Source of the DNA: an uncultured Planctomycetia bacterium | GTDB lineage: Bacteria > Omnitrophota > Gorgyraeia > Duberdicusellales > 4484-171 | Direction: 5' to 3' | DNA length: 64,000 bases | Assembly (NCBI GenBank): GCA_964536865.1 | Contig: CAZHYN010000002.1 | Span: forward strand, 608 to 64,607 | Notes under the pieces: model-generated | The model's input: only the letters and a program-made list of their open reading frames with translations | What the model was told of the DNA's origin: nothing | Databases searched by the model: none | Position numbers and translations under genes: made by a program | In this document: piece by piece, positions 46,188-57,388 of the stretch | How positions within the stretch are numbered: the stretch's first letter is position 1 | Layout of the letters: each line of letters begins with the position of its first letter

Positions 46188-46615
46188 TTAAATAAAAAGC
46201 GCTCCATGATAAAAAATGTAAATAGTGATTGCATAAAAAAAAGAAAAATCAAAAAGAAAGGAATTTGCTCTATCTCAATGCTATTAAGTAAAGCATAAGA
46301 AATTATAGCTAAACCTACAGCAATATTTTTTATGATGTTTCTACCATGAAAATATTTAAAAGCTAATGTAAAAAATATATTTATAAGAATAAAAATAAAT
46401 GTATTGGAAAGCAAAGATTGGGAAGATAGTAAATCCTTAAATAACCCGAAAACAAGAGCGAATCCTAAACTATAGGGAAATGATATATTCACAGAAACAA
46501 AAAGAATACCTAGAAAAAGAAGTTCACTACAGAAATAGAACCCAAAAGGCTTTAAGAAGTCAACTAAAAAAAAGATAAATAAGACTATACTTAGTTTTAG
46601 AAGAGTAATTCTCAC
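46172..46615 (-). CDS. mreD: rod shape-determining protein MreD
   Basis: 147-aa polytopic protein in the mreBCD position. Confidence 0.6.
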   Translation of the reverse strand: MRITLLKLSIVLFIFFLVDFLKPFGFYFCSELLFLGILFVSVNISFPYSLGFALVFGLFKDLLSSQSLLSNTFIFILINIFFTLAFKYFHGRNIIKNIAVGLAIISYALLNSIEIEQIPFFLIFLFFMQSLFTFFIMERFLFKWVAD

Positions 46616-47325
46616 TTTAGAAGAAAAACCTCATTTACAGAATACACGTTAGATTCAGGTTTAACCTCTATATCTAAGAAAAAATCGTTCTTTGTCTCCC
46701 TAACTTGTTGAACTCTACCTACAGTAATAGGAAGGTCACTATACTTTAGCCAAACCTTGTCACCGATAGTTATATCCTTATCTCCCTCTACATATAGAAT
46801 TTTCAAGGATCCAGAAAGCGTTCCTTTAAGGAGTCCGGCAGTCTTATTTTCTATCAATACAGGAAGAGAGAAATAAGGATCGTCAAGAAGAATTAGCTCA
46901 GAATACTCGTTAAAAGATTGAGAAACCTTCCCTAAAAGATACCCTTGATTATCTATAGCTAATGTTCCTTTAACTACTCCGTCATTTTTACCTAAATCAA
47001 TGAATGCTACTTTTCTAAACCCTGAAGGATAAAATCCTAACACCCTAGCATAAGTTAAATCAGGCCTTCTCTCCTTAATGCTTAAAGCTCTTCTTAAACG
47101 TCTATTTTCCTCATCTAACTCTTTCATCCTTTCTAAAGTGAGACGGAGATCTAGGTTTTTTTTCTTTAACTCCTCTATACGCAAAGAAACCATAGAAGGA
47201 AATAAAATATTATTGGGAAGAGAAAGGAATAGAACTAGAAGAATTCTTTTAAAAGTCAACAGAAATAAGACTACCAAGAGAGTATAACCAAAGAATTTTA
47301 GCCTGGATTTAGAAGGTAGATACAA
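46612..47325 (-). CDS. mreC: rod shape-determining protein MreC
   Basis: N-terminal transmembrane segment and coiled-coil followed by a beta domain. 237 aa. Confidence 0.8.
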   Translation of the reverse strand: MYLPSKSRLKFFGYTLLVVLFLLTFKRILLVLFLSLPNNILFPSMVSLRIEELKKKNLDLRLTLERMKELDEENRRLRRALSIKERRPDLTYARVLGFYPSGFRKVAFIDLGKNDGVVKGTLAIDNQGYLLGKVSQSFNEYSELILLDDPYFSLPVLIENKTAGLLKGTLSGSLKILYVEGDKDITIGDKVWLKYSDLPITVGRVQQVRETKNDFFLDIEVKPESNVYSVNEVFLLK

Positions 47326-48370
47326 GAGAGATTTTCTTTAAATATCGGGGCTCCTCTAAAATCTTACCTGTTCCTTGAGCTACCGCAGTTAGAGGATCGT
47401 CAGCGATAAAACAAGCTAGCCCTGTCTCTTCTGAAATCAACTTGTCTAATCCTCTCAGAAGAGAACCACCTCCACACAGAACAATTCCTCTCTCAATCAA
47501 ATCAGCAGCTAACTCAGGGGGTGTTCTTTCTAAGGTAACCTTTGTAGCTTCCACTATATCTTTTAAAGGTGCCTGAAGAGCATCTCTTATTTCCTCAGAG
47601 TTGACACGAATAAACTTTGGTAACCCAGTAATTAAATCTCTACCTCTTACTTCTATAACCATCTCTTCTTCCAAAGGATAAGCAGAACCTATCTTTATCT
47701 TTATCTCTTCAGCAGTTCTCTCCCCAATCATCAAATTGTAGTTCTTCTTCATATGTTCAACTATTGCTTCATCCATCTCATCTCCACCTACTCTCATAGA
47801 ACGAGCATAAACTATTCCTCCTAAAGAGATGACTGCAATTTCCGTAGTACCTCCTCCAACATCTATGATCATATTCCCTTGTGGTTCAGCGATAGGGAGA
47901 CCTACCCCAATGGCAGCAGCAATAGGTTCTTCTATAGGAATCACCTCTCTTGCTCCTGCACGAAGAGCTGAATCCTTCACTGCTCTCTTCTCAACCTCAG
48001 TGATCCCTGAAGGGACTGCTACTACAATGCGAGGGCGAGTAAGGATTTTATGAGAATGAACCTTCTTTATAAAGTAGCGAAGCATCTCTTCAGTAATATT
48101 AAAATCAGCGATTACTCCATCCTTCATCGGTCTTATTGCCACAATGCTCCCGGGAGTTTTGCCTAACATCTTCTTCGCTTCTTCCCCCACTGCTAGTACT
48201 TGGTGGGTGTTTTTGTAGATAGCTACTACCGAAGGTTCACATAGGACTATCCCTTCCCCTTTTACATAGACTAGGGTAGTAGCGGTACCTAGATCTATAC
48301 CGATATCGTTAGAGAATCTTCCTAAAAAGTTGCTCCCTATACTGGAGAGAAACCTAAGAATATTCATCAC
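47309..48370 (-). CDS. mreB: rod shape-determining protein MreB
   Basis: Actin-fold motifs are present ([13 protein letters not shown] and DIGGGTTE). Confidence 0.95.
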   Translation of the reverse strand: MMNILRFLSSIGSNFLGRFSNDIGIDLGTATTLVYVKGEGIVLCEPSVVAIYKNTHQVLAVGEEAKKMLGKTPGSIVAIRPMKDGVIADFNITEEMLRYFIKKVHSHKILTRPRIVVAVPSGITEVEKRAVKDSALRAGAREVIPIEEPIAAAIGVGLPIAEPQGNMIIDVGGGTTEIAVISLGGIVYARSMRVGGDEMDEAIVEHMKKNYNLMIGERTAEEIKIKIGSAYPLEEEMVIEVRGRDLITGLPKFIRVNSEEIRDALQAPLKDIVEATKVTLERTPPELAADLIERGIVLCGGGSLLRGLDKLISEETGLACFIADDPLTAVAQGTGKILEEPRYLKKISLVSTF

Positions 48371-48421
48371 TTTTAGTATAAGAAATCATAACAAAGGGTT
48401 AAAAAAATGTCAACAAAAAAC

Positions 48422-48721
48422 CTAAGTCAAAAATTGGAGGCCTGCTAAGTATCCGTTCTCCGTCTCCCGACACCACACTATTTTCCCTACAGTCTCAATA
48501 GGTTCTGCCTGTTCATCTTCGGGAAGGGTAAATTTAACTTTTATAATCGTTTGAGGGGGTAAATACTTATCGAGGAGAAGACCTAACCCCCCTTCGCTTA
48601 TATTCTTTATGAGTCCTGATCCTTTAGGTGCTAGAAGAATAACGTACTCTACGGGGGTAATACATCTTTTCCGAGGATATTTTCTCTTCTCTTCATAGGA
48701 AGGGGACTCCCCAAAATTCAT
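48422..48721 (-). CDS. PilZ domain protein
   Basis: c-di-GMP-binding motifs RKYPRKR and D.SEGG are present. 99 aa. Confidence 0.65.
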   Translation of the reverse strand: MNFGESPSYEEKRKYPRKRCITPVEYVILLAPKGSGLIKNISEGGLGLLLDKYLPPQTIIKVKFTLPEDEQAEPIETVGKIVWCRETENGYLAGLQFLT

Positions 48722-50226
48722 AATTTCTTCCTTATTTTAGCATTATCTAAAATAAAAATAAAGGAAAAAATAGAAAGAAGAAGATAGATATACTTAAAGG
48801 GAATCCTTGCAGGAATAGGAGAGACGGTTAATTTAACGTGGGAATTCTTAAACACATAGGCAATCTCATTCTCATATATGTTTTCCCAGTCATATCTATT
48901 CCTCAGCAGATTAAGTTCCTTATTCGGTGGTTTCAGCCAGATAATTACCTTAGCAAATTTGTAAATGGCCTCCGAAGGTAAGTGAGTCTTTACTTCCCAG
49001 AGAAGAGAGTTAGATGTAGGTCTTTGAGCAAGAGAAGAGAAAATCTGAGCAGTAATCTTTAGATTAGAGGAGATAATTTGGAAAGATTCGGTATTTTTTT
49101 TAATCACATCCACAATAGGATAGTAGTATTGAGGCCAAAATAAGAACCGAGCCTCCAAAAGAGCATAAGGCCTCCCTGTAAGGAAATTATAGTAAGTAGA
49201 ATTAAAGAGATTGATTCGAGGTTTCCCTCCCTCCAAATCTACAGTTGTATGGGAGAAGAAAAGAAAAAAAGATAAGGTAAAGATAAACGCTCTTTTAGCC
49301 AAATTACTTTTAATTAAATTAAAATACTTCTCACACAGCAGAGAGGAAAATAGAGCCAAACCAATTGCTCCCTGGGCAGAGAAAAAACGAAAAGGATACT
49401 TTACAAATACTATTATACTTCCTACTAAGTAACCTAGAAAAAGGAACGTGCCAAAATCCTTCCTCACATTAATAAATAGAGAAAATAAACCTACCGCTAT
49501 TAAGAAAATACTGAAGTGAAGAAAGTATATTTCCTTAGTAAAAGAGAACTGCAGATAAGAAGCATATTTTACCTGATGGACTAACAAAGGAAGGATGCCT
49601 AAGACTACCCCTGAAATTATTCTTATAAGTTCGCTTCGGTAGGAAGCCAACCCCAAAAGGAAAAAAAGAGAAACAAAGAAAATCAAAAAAACTCCCGCAT
49701 GAGTATAGAAACATAGCGTCAGAAAAAGTGCACAAGATACCCATCTTTTTTTCTTTAGAAAATACCAACAAAAAAAACCAAAAATTAATCCAAGGCTAGC
49801 AGGAACATTACAGGAAATAGAGGTGTAGAAGGAGAAAAAACTGCTTAAAGTTAAAAGGTTGATAAAAGAAAAGAAAGAAGAAACAATATTTCTTAAAACA
49901 TACCAAGCCACTAAGAAAAAGAGAGGAGGAATGATTACCTCGGTTACCCTTACCGCATTGATAGAAGAAACTCCTCCTTTTTTTAGAAAAGCTAATAGAA
50001 AGTGATAGAAAGGTGGATAAACTTGAGGTCTACCCCAAGGAGCGTAATCCCACCAACTCCATCCTACCCATCCTCCACTCTCTATGTATCCATTAGCACA
50101 GGAAAGATGCCACCAGGCATCTATGTATTGAGGAAGATAGTTAAACCTTATTAAAGAAAGAATAGCAATAAAAACAATCATACCTAAACTTAGCAGGTCA
50201 AAGTGCTGGGTTCTACTCTTATCCAT
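48718..50226 (-). CDS. polytopic membrane protein with a C-terminal extracytoplasmic domain (possibly GT-C-like glycosyltransferase); hypothetical
   Basis: 502 aa with at least 10 predicted transmembrane segments and a roughly 150-aa C-terminal soluble domain. It overlaps the PilZ gene start by 4 bp. Confidence 0.4.
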   Translation of the reverse strand: MDKSRTQHFDLLSLGMIVFIAILSLIRFNYLPQYIDAWWHLSCANGYIESGGWVGWSWWDYAPWGRPQVYPPFYHFLLAFLKKGGVSSINAVRVTEVIIPPLFFLVAWYVLRNIVSSFFSFINLLTLSSFFSFYTSISCNVPASLGLIFGFFCWYFLKKKRWVSCALFLTLCFYTHAGVFLIFFVSLFFLLGLASYRSELIRIISGVVLGILPLLVHQVKYASYLQFSFTKEIYFLHFSIFLIAVGLFSLFINVRKDFGTFLFLGYLVGSIIVFVKYPFRFFSAQGAIGLALFSSLLCEKYFNLIKSNLAKRAFIFTLSFFLFFSHTTVDLEGGKPRINLFNSTYYNFLTGRPYALLEARFLFWPQYYYPIVDVIKKNTESFQIISSNLKITAQIFSSLAQRPTSNSLLWEVKTHLPSEAIYKFAKVIIWLKPPNKELNLLRNRYDWENIYENEIAYVFKNSHVKLTVSPIPARIPFKYIYLLLSIFSFIFILDNAKIRKKL

Positions 50227-50986
50227 AGTTTACCTTGTAAAGATATAAACCACAGGCAGGAGCAGGTTTATTAAAGTAAGATATTTTTCTCTCTAAAATA
50301 GCATTTACCTCATCCAAATTTATTTTATCTTTGCCTACTCTTACTAAAAACCTCACAATGTTTCTTGCCATGTTCCTTAAAAAACCATCAGCCTCTATAT
50401 CAATATAGACAAACGAACCTCTTTTGGTAATCTTAATACTCTTAATCTTTCTTTTACAACTTTTATATCTTTTAGCTTCCTTAGCAAAGCAAGAAAAATC
50501 TTTGCTACCTACTAAAAGATGAGCTGCCTTCCTCATTACTTCCAGATCTAACTTCTCAGGTAAATGCCAAGTATAATACCTTAAGAAAATATTAAATTTC
50601 TTTCTATTAAGAATTATATAACGGTAAATTTTAGATTTAGCATTGAAACGGGCATGGAAATCTAAAGGAACCTTCTTAATTCTTTTTACAGAGATATCTG
50701 AGGGAAGAAGACTGTTTAAAGCTAATCTTATATTCTTTAGAGGGATGTTAGTATCTATCTTAAAGTTAATGCACTGACTGTAAGCATGAACACCTCTATC
50801 AGTCCTGCCAGCGTAGTTAATTTTTACCTTTTTATTAAAAAGCTTCTCCAGAGCTTGTTGAATTTTCTCTTGAATCGTCCGACCTTTTGCTTTTTTCTCT
50901 TTACTCTGTATTTGCCATCCAAAGTAATTCGTCCCATCATATTCAATCTCTAAGAAAATATTCTTAACCATCGCTGTTTTAAGCAA
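50219..50986 (-). CDS. truA: tRNA pseudouridine(38-40) synthase TruA
   Basis: Motifs YDGTNYFGWQ and the catalytic region RTDRGVHA are present. Confidence 0.85.
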   Translation of the reverse strand: MLKTAMVKNIFLEIEYDGTNYFGWQIQSKEKKAKGRTIQEKIQQALEKLFNKKVKINYAGRTDRGVHAYSQCINFKIDTNIPLKNIRLALNSLLPSDISVKRIKKVPLDFHARFNAKSKIYRYIILNRKKFNIFLRYYTWHLPEKLDLEVMRKAAHLLVGSKDFSCFAKEAKRYKSCKRKIKSIKITKRGSFVYIDIEADGFLRNMARNIVRFLVRVGKDKINLDEVNAILERKISYFNKPAPACGLYLYKVNYG

Positions 50987-51084
50987 CTTTTTATCTGTGC
51001 CATTATATTAAAACTAAAAGTTAGTATCAAGATAAAACTTCAAAGGAAATAGGCAGGTAAATTTTTCAGAAAAATCAGAATTAT

Positions 51085-52134
51085 CTAAAAGAGCCTAACT
51101 ATATTTTCCTTTATGAGCTCCTCAGCTATTTGGATGGCATTTAAGCTCGCACCCTTGCGTAAGTTATCAGCTACAGACCACACCCAGAAAGAATTTTTAT
51201 TAAAGGGGTTCTCTCTCAACCTTGATACGTAAACTAAATCTGTTCCCTCTACATCTAAAGGTAAAGGGTAATTACTATCTCTGTCGATAAACTCTACACC
51301 TTGAGAGTTCTTAAAGATATTCTTTATCTCCTCTATGTTTGTATCTTTCTCTGTTTCAAAATAGATTGCTTCACAGTGAGAAGTAAACGTAGGAACCCTT
51401 ACACAAGTAGCAGTAACTTTAACGGAGGAATCATCTAAAATTTTATGAGTCTCTTTTACTACTTTCCACTCTTCAGTAGTGTAGCCGAGTTCTTTAAAAT
51501 CTCCTATCTGAGGAATAACATTAAAAACGATCTGATTCCCAAAAACATCGAATTTTTTCTCCAACTTCTTGCTTAAGGAATTAAAATCACTCTCTTTATT
51601 TTTCTCTACAATTTCTTTAGTCTCTTCCCATAGAGTGGAAGCTGCTCTTCTCCCTGCACCACTAGTAGCCTGAAAACTGGTTAATATTACTCTCTTTAAC
51701 CCTACCTTTTTATAAATTTCAGCTAAAGTTACAACCATCTGGATAGTAGTACAGTTAGGGTTAGCGATTAAGCCTTTATGCTCACGAATCTTTTCTTTGT
51801 TAACTTCGGGAACAACCAAAGGAACGTCTTCCTGTAAACGAAAATCAGAACCATTGTCAATTACTACTGCACCTTCTTCTATAAATTTATGTGCATATAA
51901 TTTACTTGCTCCTTTAGCTCCTTCCGTCCCTGCAAAAAGAGCAATTTCTGTGCCAGCGAAATCTTCCTTCTCTATAGATTCCACATGGTAAAGATTACCA
52001 TCAACTCTTATATCCCTTTCTGAGCGAGCAAATACTTTGAGATTATCTATAGGAAATTTCCTTTGCTTCAAAATGCGTAAAAGCTCAACCCCTACTGCTC
52101 CTACACCTATCACCGCTACGTTATACTTCCTCAT
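51085..52134 (-). CDS. asd: aspartate-semialdehyde dehydrogenase
   Basis: Start placed at MRKYNVAVIGVGAVG (Rossmann motif). The ORF-track N-terminal extension to 52308 overlaps leuB and is rejected. Active-site region CTT is present. Confidence 0.85.
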   Translation of the reverse strand: MRKYNVAVIGVGAVGVELLRILKQRKFPIDNLKVFARSERDIRVDGNLYHVESIEKEDFAGTEIALFAGTEGAKGASKLYAHKFIEEGAVVIDNGSDFRLQEDVPLVVPEVNKEKIREHKGLIANPNCTTIQMVVTLAEIYKKVGLKRVILTSFQATSGAGRRAASTLWEETKEIVEKNKESDFNSLSKKLEKKFDVFGNQIVFNVIPQIGDFKELGYTTEEWKVVKETHKILDDSSVKVTATCVRVPTFTSHCEAIYFETEKDTNIEEIKNIFKNSQGVEFIDRDSNYPLPLDVEGTDLVYVSRLRENPFNKNSFWVWSVADNLRKGASLNAIQIAEELIKENIVRLF

Positions 52135-52136
52135 CT

Positions 52137-53201
52137 CTAACTTCCTATGTAGTTTACTACCAAATCTCCAACTTGAGTAGTAGAGTATCCCATCCTGCCA
52201 GCAGCTAACCCCTCTAATTTTTCTCTCACTACTCTCTTTACCGCCTCCTCTACCTTTAAACCTGCTTCTTCTTCCCCCAAAAAATCTAGCATCATCGCTA
52301 GAGCGCATATCGCTGCTAGAGGATTTATAACGTCTTTGCCAGTGTATTTGGGGGCACTACCTCCGATAGGCTCAAACATACTCACTCCTTGAGGGTTAAG
52401 ATTAGCTCCTGCAGCAATTCCCATCCCTCCCTGAATAATTGCTCCCAAATCAGTAATTATGTCTCCAAACATATTATCGGTAACTATTACATCAAACCAT
52501 TCAGGACTCTTCACCATCCACATACAGGTTGCATCCACATGGGCGTAGTCAGTTTTAACATCAGGATAGGCTTTGGCTATCTTATAGAAGACTCTCTCCC
52601 ATAAATCAAAAGCGTAGGTTAATACATTAGTTTTCCCACATAGAGTAACTTTCTTTTTCTTATTTCTCTTCCTTGCATAATCAAAAGCAAACCTAACCGC
52701 TCGCTCTATACCCTTATAAGTGTTGATGCTTTCTTGTATTGCTACTTCATCTGAAGTTCCTTTTTTTAAAAACCCTCCTGCTCCACAGTATAGTCCTTCG
52801 GTATTTTCTCTCACTACTACGAAATCTATATCTTCTTCGTTTTTATCTTTTAAGGGAGAAAATCTTTTATCATAAAGGACCACTGGCCTTAAATTTATGT
52901 ACTGATCAAGCTCAAACCTCAATCTTAAGAGAATACCTCGCTCTAAAATTCCTGGTTTTACCCGAGGGTCACCGATAGCTCCCAAATAAATAGCATCTAC
53001 TTTCTTAAGTTCCTCCAAAACAGAGTCGGGAAGGGCTTCTCCTGTTTTTAAATAATTCTCCCCTCCTAAGTTGTAGATTATCTTCTCATATTTAAAATTA
53101 AATTTTTGTGAAGCTGCTTCTAAAACTTTCAAACCTTCCCTTATTACTTCTGGCCCTGTACCATCTCCAGGAATAACCGCTATTCTGTAAGATTTACTCA
53201 T
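52137..53201 (-). CDS. leuB: 3-isopropylmalate dehydrogenase
   Basis: Motifs [13 protein letters not shown] and NMFGDIITD are present. Confidence 0.9.
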   Translation of the reverse strand: MSKSYRIAVIPGDGTGPEVIREGLKVLEAASQKFNFKYEKIIYNLGGENYLKTGEALPDSVLEELKKVDAIYLGAIGDPRVKPGILERGILLRLRFELDQYINLRPVVLYDKRFSPLKDKNEEDIDFVVVRENTEGLYCGAGGFLKKGTSDEVAIQESINTYKGIERAVRFAFDYARKRNKKKKVTLCGKTNVLTYAFDLWERVFYKIAKAYPDVKTDYAHVDATCMWMVKSPEWFDVIVTDNMFGDIITDLGAIIQGGMGIAAGANLNPQGVSMFEPIGGSAPKYTGKDVINPLAAICALAMMLDFLGEEEAGLKVEEAVKRVVREKLEGLAAGRMGYSTTQVGDLVVNYIGS

Positions 53202-53360
53202 AACTAATCCTCTCTTTAACTTATCTCTAAAATTATTATACGTCTAACCTCACTTACCTTTAAGATACCTTACCACTTTTTTCTCATCTGTAAAGAATAA
53301 ACCCCAAACCCCGCCTTTTCAAGGAAAGGGCGGAATGGCTTTCTGTGGTTCGGGGTAAAA

Positions 53361-53846
53361 CTACTTTTTCCTCTTTATCCAATTAACCAACCCTCCACTT
53401 TTTATAATCTCCTGCATAAATTGGGGAAATTTCTCACAAAAGTAAATCTCCCTCTTAGTTACATTCTTGACTACTCCTTTATCCAAATCTGCTTCCAAAA
53501 TATTAGCTTCCTCTATTTTCTCGGGATGAGAGAAAGTCAAAATAGGCAAACCAATATTTATGGCATTTCGATAAAAAATACGGGCAAAGCTCTTAGCTAT
53601 AACTAAACTTATCCCACATCCTTTAATTGCTAAGGGCGCATGTTCTCGAGAAGAACCACAACCGAAGTTCTTACCTGCCACTATTATGTCGCCCTTTTTA
53701 ACCTTTTTGATAAATTGGGGAGTAATGTTTTCCATACAATGAGCTCCTAAAAATTCAGGGTCTTGTGAATCTAAGTAAGAAGCGGGAATGATATCATCGG
53801 TATTTATATCGTCAGCGAATTTATGCACTCTTCCCTTAATAACCAT
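53361..53846 (-). CDS. leuD: 3-isopropylmalate dehydratase small subunit
   Basis: 161-aa aconitase swivel domain ([13 protein letters not shown]). Confidence 0.9.
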   Translation of the reverse strand: MVIKGRVHKFADDINTDDIIPASYLDSQDPEFLGAHCMENITPQFIKKVKKGDIIVAGKNFGCGSSREHAPLAIKGCGISLVIAKSFARIFYRNAINIGLPILTFSHPEKIEEANILEADLDKGVVKNVTKREIYFCEKFPQFMQEIIKSGGLVNWIKRKK

Positions 53847-53847
53847 T

Positions 53848-55113
53848 TTAACTTACCTCCTGGGGATGAGTAATTCTACCTTTAATTGCAGAAGCTGCTG
53901 CCACAGCAGGAGAACTTAGATAAACTAAACTCTGGGGATGCCCCATTCTTCCAATAAAATTTCTGTTAGAAGTAGCTAAAGCTACTTCCCCCTTACCTAT
54001 TACTCCCATATGTCCTCCTAAACACGGACCGCAGGTAGGAGGACAGATAATACAACCTGCTTCTAAGAATACCTTAAGTAACCCTTCTCTTTCTGCTTCC
54101 CTATAAACCCTGTAAGTAGCAGGTATAACTATTACTCTTAACCCTCTTTTCACCTTTTTCCCTTTAAGGATACTGGCTGCCATTCTCAAATCAGAGATTC
54201 GTCCATTGGTGCAGGACCCAATAAACACCTGATTTAATTTAACTCTCCTAAAGTTAGCCACTGGCTTTACATTACTAGGAAGATGAGGGTAAGCAACCTG
54301 AGGCTGCAGTCTGCTTACATCAATCTCAATTATATCCTCGTATTTGGCATCTTTATCTGATGTTAAGTTACTTATATTTTTAAGATTGAGATTTGCTACT
54401 TTTTTTAAATAACTTAACACTTTTTCATCGGGTTGAATTATTCCTGTTTTAGCTCCGCACTCTATAGCCATATTAGTTATAGTCAGCCTATCTTCCACGG
54501 AAAGTTTCTTTATAACTGGGCCTGCAAATTCCATAGCTTTGTATAAAGCCCCGTCTACTCCTAATTTGCCTAAGGTAAACAGAATAATATCCTTTCCTGT
54601 AATCCACTTGCCTAACTTTCCTCTATAGATAATCTTAATTACTGGTGGGGTTTTTAACCATACCCTTCCCTCTTTCATAGCGCAGGCTAAATCTGTAGAA
54701 CCCACTCCAAAAGCAGCGCATCCTATCCCTCCAAAAGTACAGGTGTGAGAATCTGCCCCAATAATGAGAGTGCCGGGAGTTATAAGCCCTTCCTCTAACA
54801 AAAATATATGTTCAATCCCACACCTATTTATATCAAAAAAGTTTTTTATTTTATATCTCTTAGAAAAATTCTTTAATAACTGGACATTATTAGCAGCTTT
54901 TAAATCGCGAGCAGGAAGAAAATGGTCACACACAAAGCCTATCTTTTTAGGATTGAACACTGAATTAAAACCAGCATGGGTAAATATTTTTACTGCTAAA
55001 GGTGCGGTTACATCATTGCCAAAACAGAAGTCTACTTTAACATAAAGAAAATCCTCCAAAGTTTTCTTAGAAGAATGCCTTAATAAAATCTTTTCTATTA
55101 GAGTTAGCCCCAT
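53848..55113 (-). CDS. leuC: 3-isopropylmalate dehydratase large subunit
   Basis: Aconitase catalytic domain with Fe-S cysteines (GSCTNGR and CPPTCGPC). Confidence 0.9.
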   Translation of the reverse strand: MGLTLIEKILLRHSSKKTLEDFLYVKVDFCFGNDVTAPLAVKIFTHAGFNSVFNPKKIGFVCDHFLPARDLKAANNVQLLKNFSKRYKIKNFFDINRCGIEHIFLLEEGLITPGTLIIGADSHTCTFGGIGCAAFGVGSTDLACAMKEGRVWLKTPPVIKIIYRGKLGKWITGKDIILFTLGKLGVDGALYKAMEFAGPVIKKLSVEDRLTITNMAIECGAKTGIIQPDEKVLSYLKKVANLNLKNISNLTSDKDAKYEDIIEIDVSRLQPQVAYPHLPSNVKPVANFRRVKLNQVFIGSCTNGRISDLRMAASILKGKKVKRGLRVIVIPATYRVYREAEREGLLKVFLEAGCIICPPTCGPCLGGHMGVIGKGEVALATSNRNFIGRMGHPQSLVYLSSPAVAAASAIKGRITHPQEVS

Positions 55114-55119
55114 ACTTTT

Positions 55120-56361
55120 TTAGCTTAGTTCTTTAATAAGAAGAGTAGCGTTGTGCCCTCCAAAACCTAATGAATTGGACAGGGCAACTTTGACATCTTC
55201 TTCGCGAGCTTTATTAGGAGTGTAGTCTAAATCACATTCAGGGTCTGGTAGTTCATAATTCACCGTGGGAGGAATTATCTTGTACCTTAAGACCAAACAG
55301 CAGATAATAAACTCTATAGCTCCTGCAGCTCCTAAAGTGTGACCTGTCATTGATTTAGTAGAACTTATAGGGACTCTTTTAGCATACTCACCGAAAACTC
55401 TCTTTATTGCTTTGGTCTCCATTTTATCGTTTAACTGGGTAGAGGTTCCATGAGCGTTTATATAAATACTCTCATCCAAACTAACACCTGCTTCCTTCAG
55501 AGCTAACTCCATAGCCACACTAGCTGGTTCTCCTTCCGGTGAAGGAGCAGTGATATGGTAAGCATCGCAAGTAGCTCCATACCCACATATCTCTCCATAG
55601 ATAGGAACACCTCTTTTTAAAGCATGATTTAACTCTTCTAAAACAACGATCCCTGCGCCTTCGGCAATGACAAATCCATCTCTTTCCCGGTCAAAAGGTC
55701 GACTTGCTTTCTCAGGTTGGTCATTGCGAGTAGATAAAGCTTTTAAAGCACAAAAGCCTCCCACTCCCAAAGGAGTGATACAGCTTTCTGTGCCTCCACA
55801 AATAACTATATCTGCCTTATCCTGTTGAATAAGACGGTAAGCTTCTCCTATAGCGTGTGCTCCTGAGGCACAAGCAGTAACTGTGCAAAAATTTACTCCT
55901 TTTAAATTAAAGCGGATAGCTATACGCCCTGCAGCTTCATTAGTAATAAGCATAGGTATGAGAAAAGGAGAAATCTTTTTAGGTCCTCGCTCAAGTAAAA
56001 TGCTATGTTCCCTCTCTACCGCTCGCAAACTTCCTATACCTGAACCAACAATAACACCCCCTCGATAAGGATCTATTTGAGAGAGATTAAGCCCTGCTTC
56101 TTTGAGAGCCTCCTCAGCAGCAGCAATAGCGAATTGAACAAAACGAGGAGTTCTTTTTATCTCCTTAGAATTAAAATACTGGGAGGGCTCAAACTCTTTA
56201 ACTTCTCCAGCAATTTGAGAATCGAAATCTTGAGGATCGAACTGAGTTATCCTTACGATGCCACTCTTACCAGCAATGAGATTTCTCCATACTTCCTCCT
56301 TTCCTGTCCCCAGAGGAGTTACAACACCACACCCTGTAACCACTACACGTCTTATAGTCAT
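55120..56361 (-). CDS. fabF: beta-ketoacyl-ACP synthase II
   Basis: Active-site region TACASG with His-His positions and GHTLGAAG. 413 aa. Confidence 0.95.
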   Translation of the reverse strand: MTIRRVVVTGCGVVTPLGTGKEEVWRNLIAGKSGIVRITQFDPQDFDSQIAGEVKEFEPSQYFNSKEIKRTPRFVQFAIAAAEEALKEAGLNLSQIDPYRGGVIVGSGIGSLRAVEREHSILLERGPKKISPFLIPMLITNEAAGRIAIRFNLKGVNFCTVTACASGAHAIGEAYRLIQQDKADIVICGGTESCITPLGVGGFCALKALSTRNDQPEKASRPFDRERDGFVIAEGAGIVVLEELNHALKRGVPIYGEICGYGATCDAYHITAPSPEGEPASVAMELALKEAGVSLDESIYINAHGTSTQLNDKMETKAIKRVFGEYAKRVPISSTKSMTGHTLGAAGAIEFIICCLVLRYKIIPPTVNYELPDPECDLDYTPNKAREEDVKVALSNSLGFGGHNATLLIKELS

Positions 56362-56379
56362 TTATTTTAAAAGAGCTGT

Positions 56380-56631
56380 TTATTGGGACTCTTTAGCTTT
56401 CACTTTTTCTTCAATATACTTTATCGCTTCTCCTACTGTAGCCATCTTTTCAGCATCCTCATCAGGAATCTCTATTCCAAATTCTTCCTCCAACGCCATA
56501 ACTATCTCTACAGTATCTAAGGAGTCTGCACCTAAATCATCAACAAAAGAACTCTCTGGTTTTATCTCCTCTTTCTTAACTCCTAACTGCTCAGCAATTA
56601 TCTCTTTTACCCTTTCCTCTAAGTTTGCCAT
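56380..56631 (-). CDS. acpP: acyl carrier protein
   Basis: Phosphopantetheine attachment site DLGADSLD. Confidence 0.95.
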   Translation of the reverse strand: MANLEERVKEIIAEQLGVKKEEIKPESSFVDDLGADSLDTVEIVMALEEEFGIEIPDEDAEKMATVGEAIKYIEEKVKAKESQ

Positions 56632-56655
56632 CGCCTTACCTCCTTTTTACCATCT

Positions 56656-57387
56656 TTAACTCATCCCGCCATCAACAACCAAAACTTGCCCAGTTATATA
56701 ATCAGCTAAGGAAGAAGCCAAAAAAAGTACTGCTCCTGCTACATCTGCAGGAGCACCAAACCTATTTAAAGGAATTCTCTCCAACATCTTCTCCTTTACT
56801 TTATCACTAAGACGATCTGTCATTGCTGTTTTTATAAACCCTGGAGCTACACAATTTATACAGATATTCCTTGAACCAAGTTCTCTGGCCAAAGATTTAG
56901 TAAACCCAATCAACCCTGCTTTGGAAGCAGCATAGTTAGCCTGCCCTACATTACCTATGAGACCAATAATAGAAGAAATATTGATTATTTTACCGTAGTG
57001 TTGTTTGAGCATGTATCTTAACACTGCTTTTGTGCAGTTAAATGCACCTTTTAAATTTACCTCCAAAACTTTATCCCAATCAGCCTCAGATAACCTTAAG
57101 ATCAGATTATCTCTAGTTATCCCTGCATTGTTAACTAATATATCAACTTTACCTGCCTTGTCAATAACTTTGTTAACATTATTTTCTACCTCTTCTAACT
57201 TAGTAACATCTACACAGAAAGTCAAAAGATGAGAAGAATTTAACTCCTCCTTCAGCTGAGTAAGAAGAGCATCGTTAACATCGAATACTGCCACATAAGC
57301 CCCTCTACTTAGGAAATTTCTACTAATTTCTTTACCAATACCTTGTGCACCACCAGTAACAATGGCTACTTTCTCTTTAAACTCCAT
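56656..57387 (-). CDS. fabG: 3-oxoacyl-ACP reductase
   Basis: SDR motifs TGGAQGIG, NNAG and YAASK are present. Confidence 0.9.
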   Translation of the reverse strand: MEFKEKVAIVTGGAQGIGKEISRNFLSRGAYVAVFDVNDALLTQLKEELNSSHLLTFCVDVTKLEEVENNVNKVIDKAGKVDILVNNAGITRDNLILRLSEADWDKVLEVNLKGAFNCTKAVLRYMLKQHYGKIINISSIIGLIGNVGQANYAASKAGLIGFTKSLARELGSRNICINCVAPGFIKTAMTDRLSDKVKEKMLERIPLNRFGAPADVAGAVLFLASSLADYITGQVLVVDGGMS

Positions 57388-57388
57388 A

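Noticed and set aside
52135-52308. N-terminal 58-codon extension of the asd ORF overlapping leuB
   Set aside because: The extension is Arg/Gly-rich junk antisense-frame overlap with the leuB 3' end. The canonical Rossmann start MRKYNVAVIGVGAVG at 52134 abuts the leuB stop.
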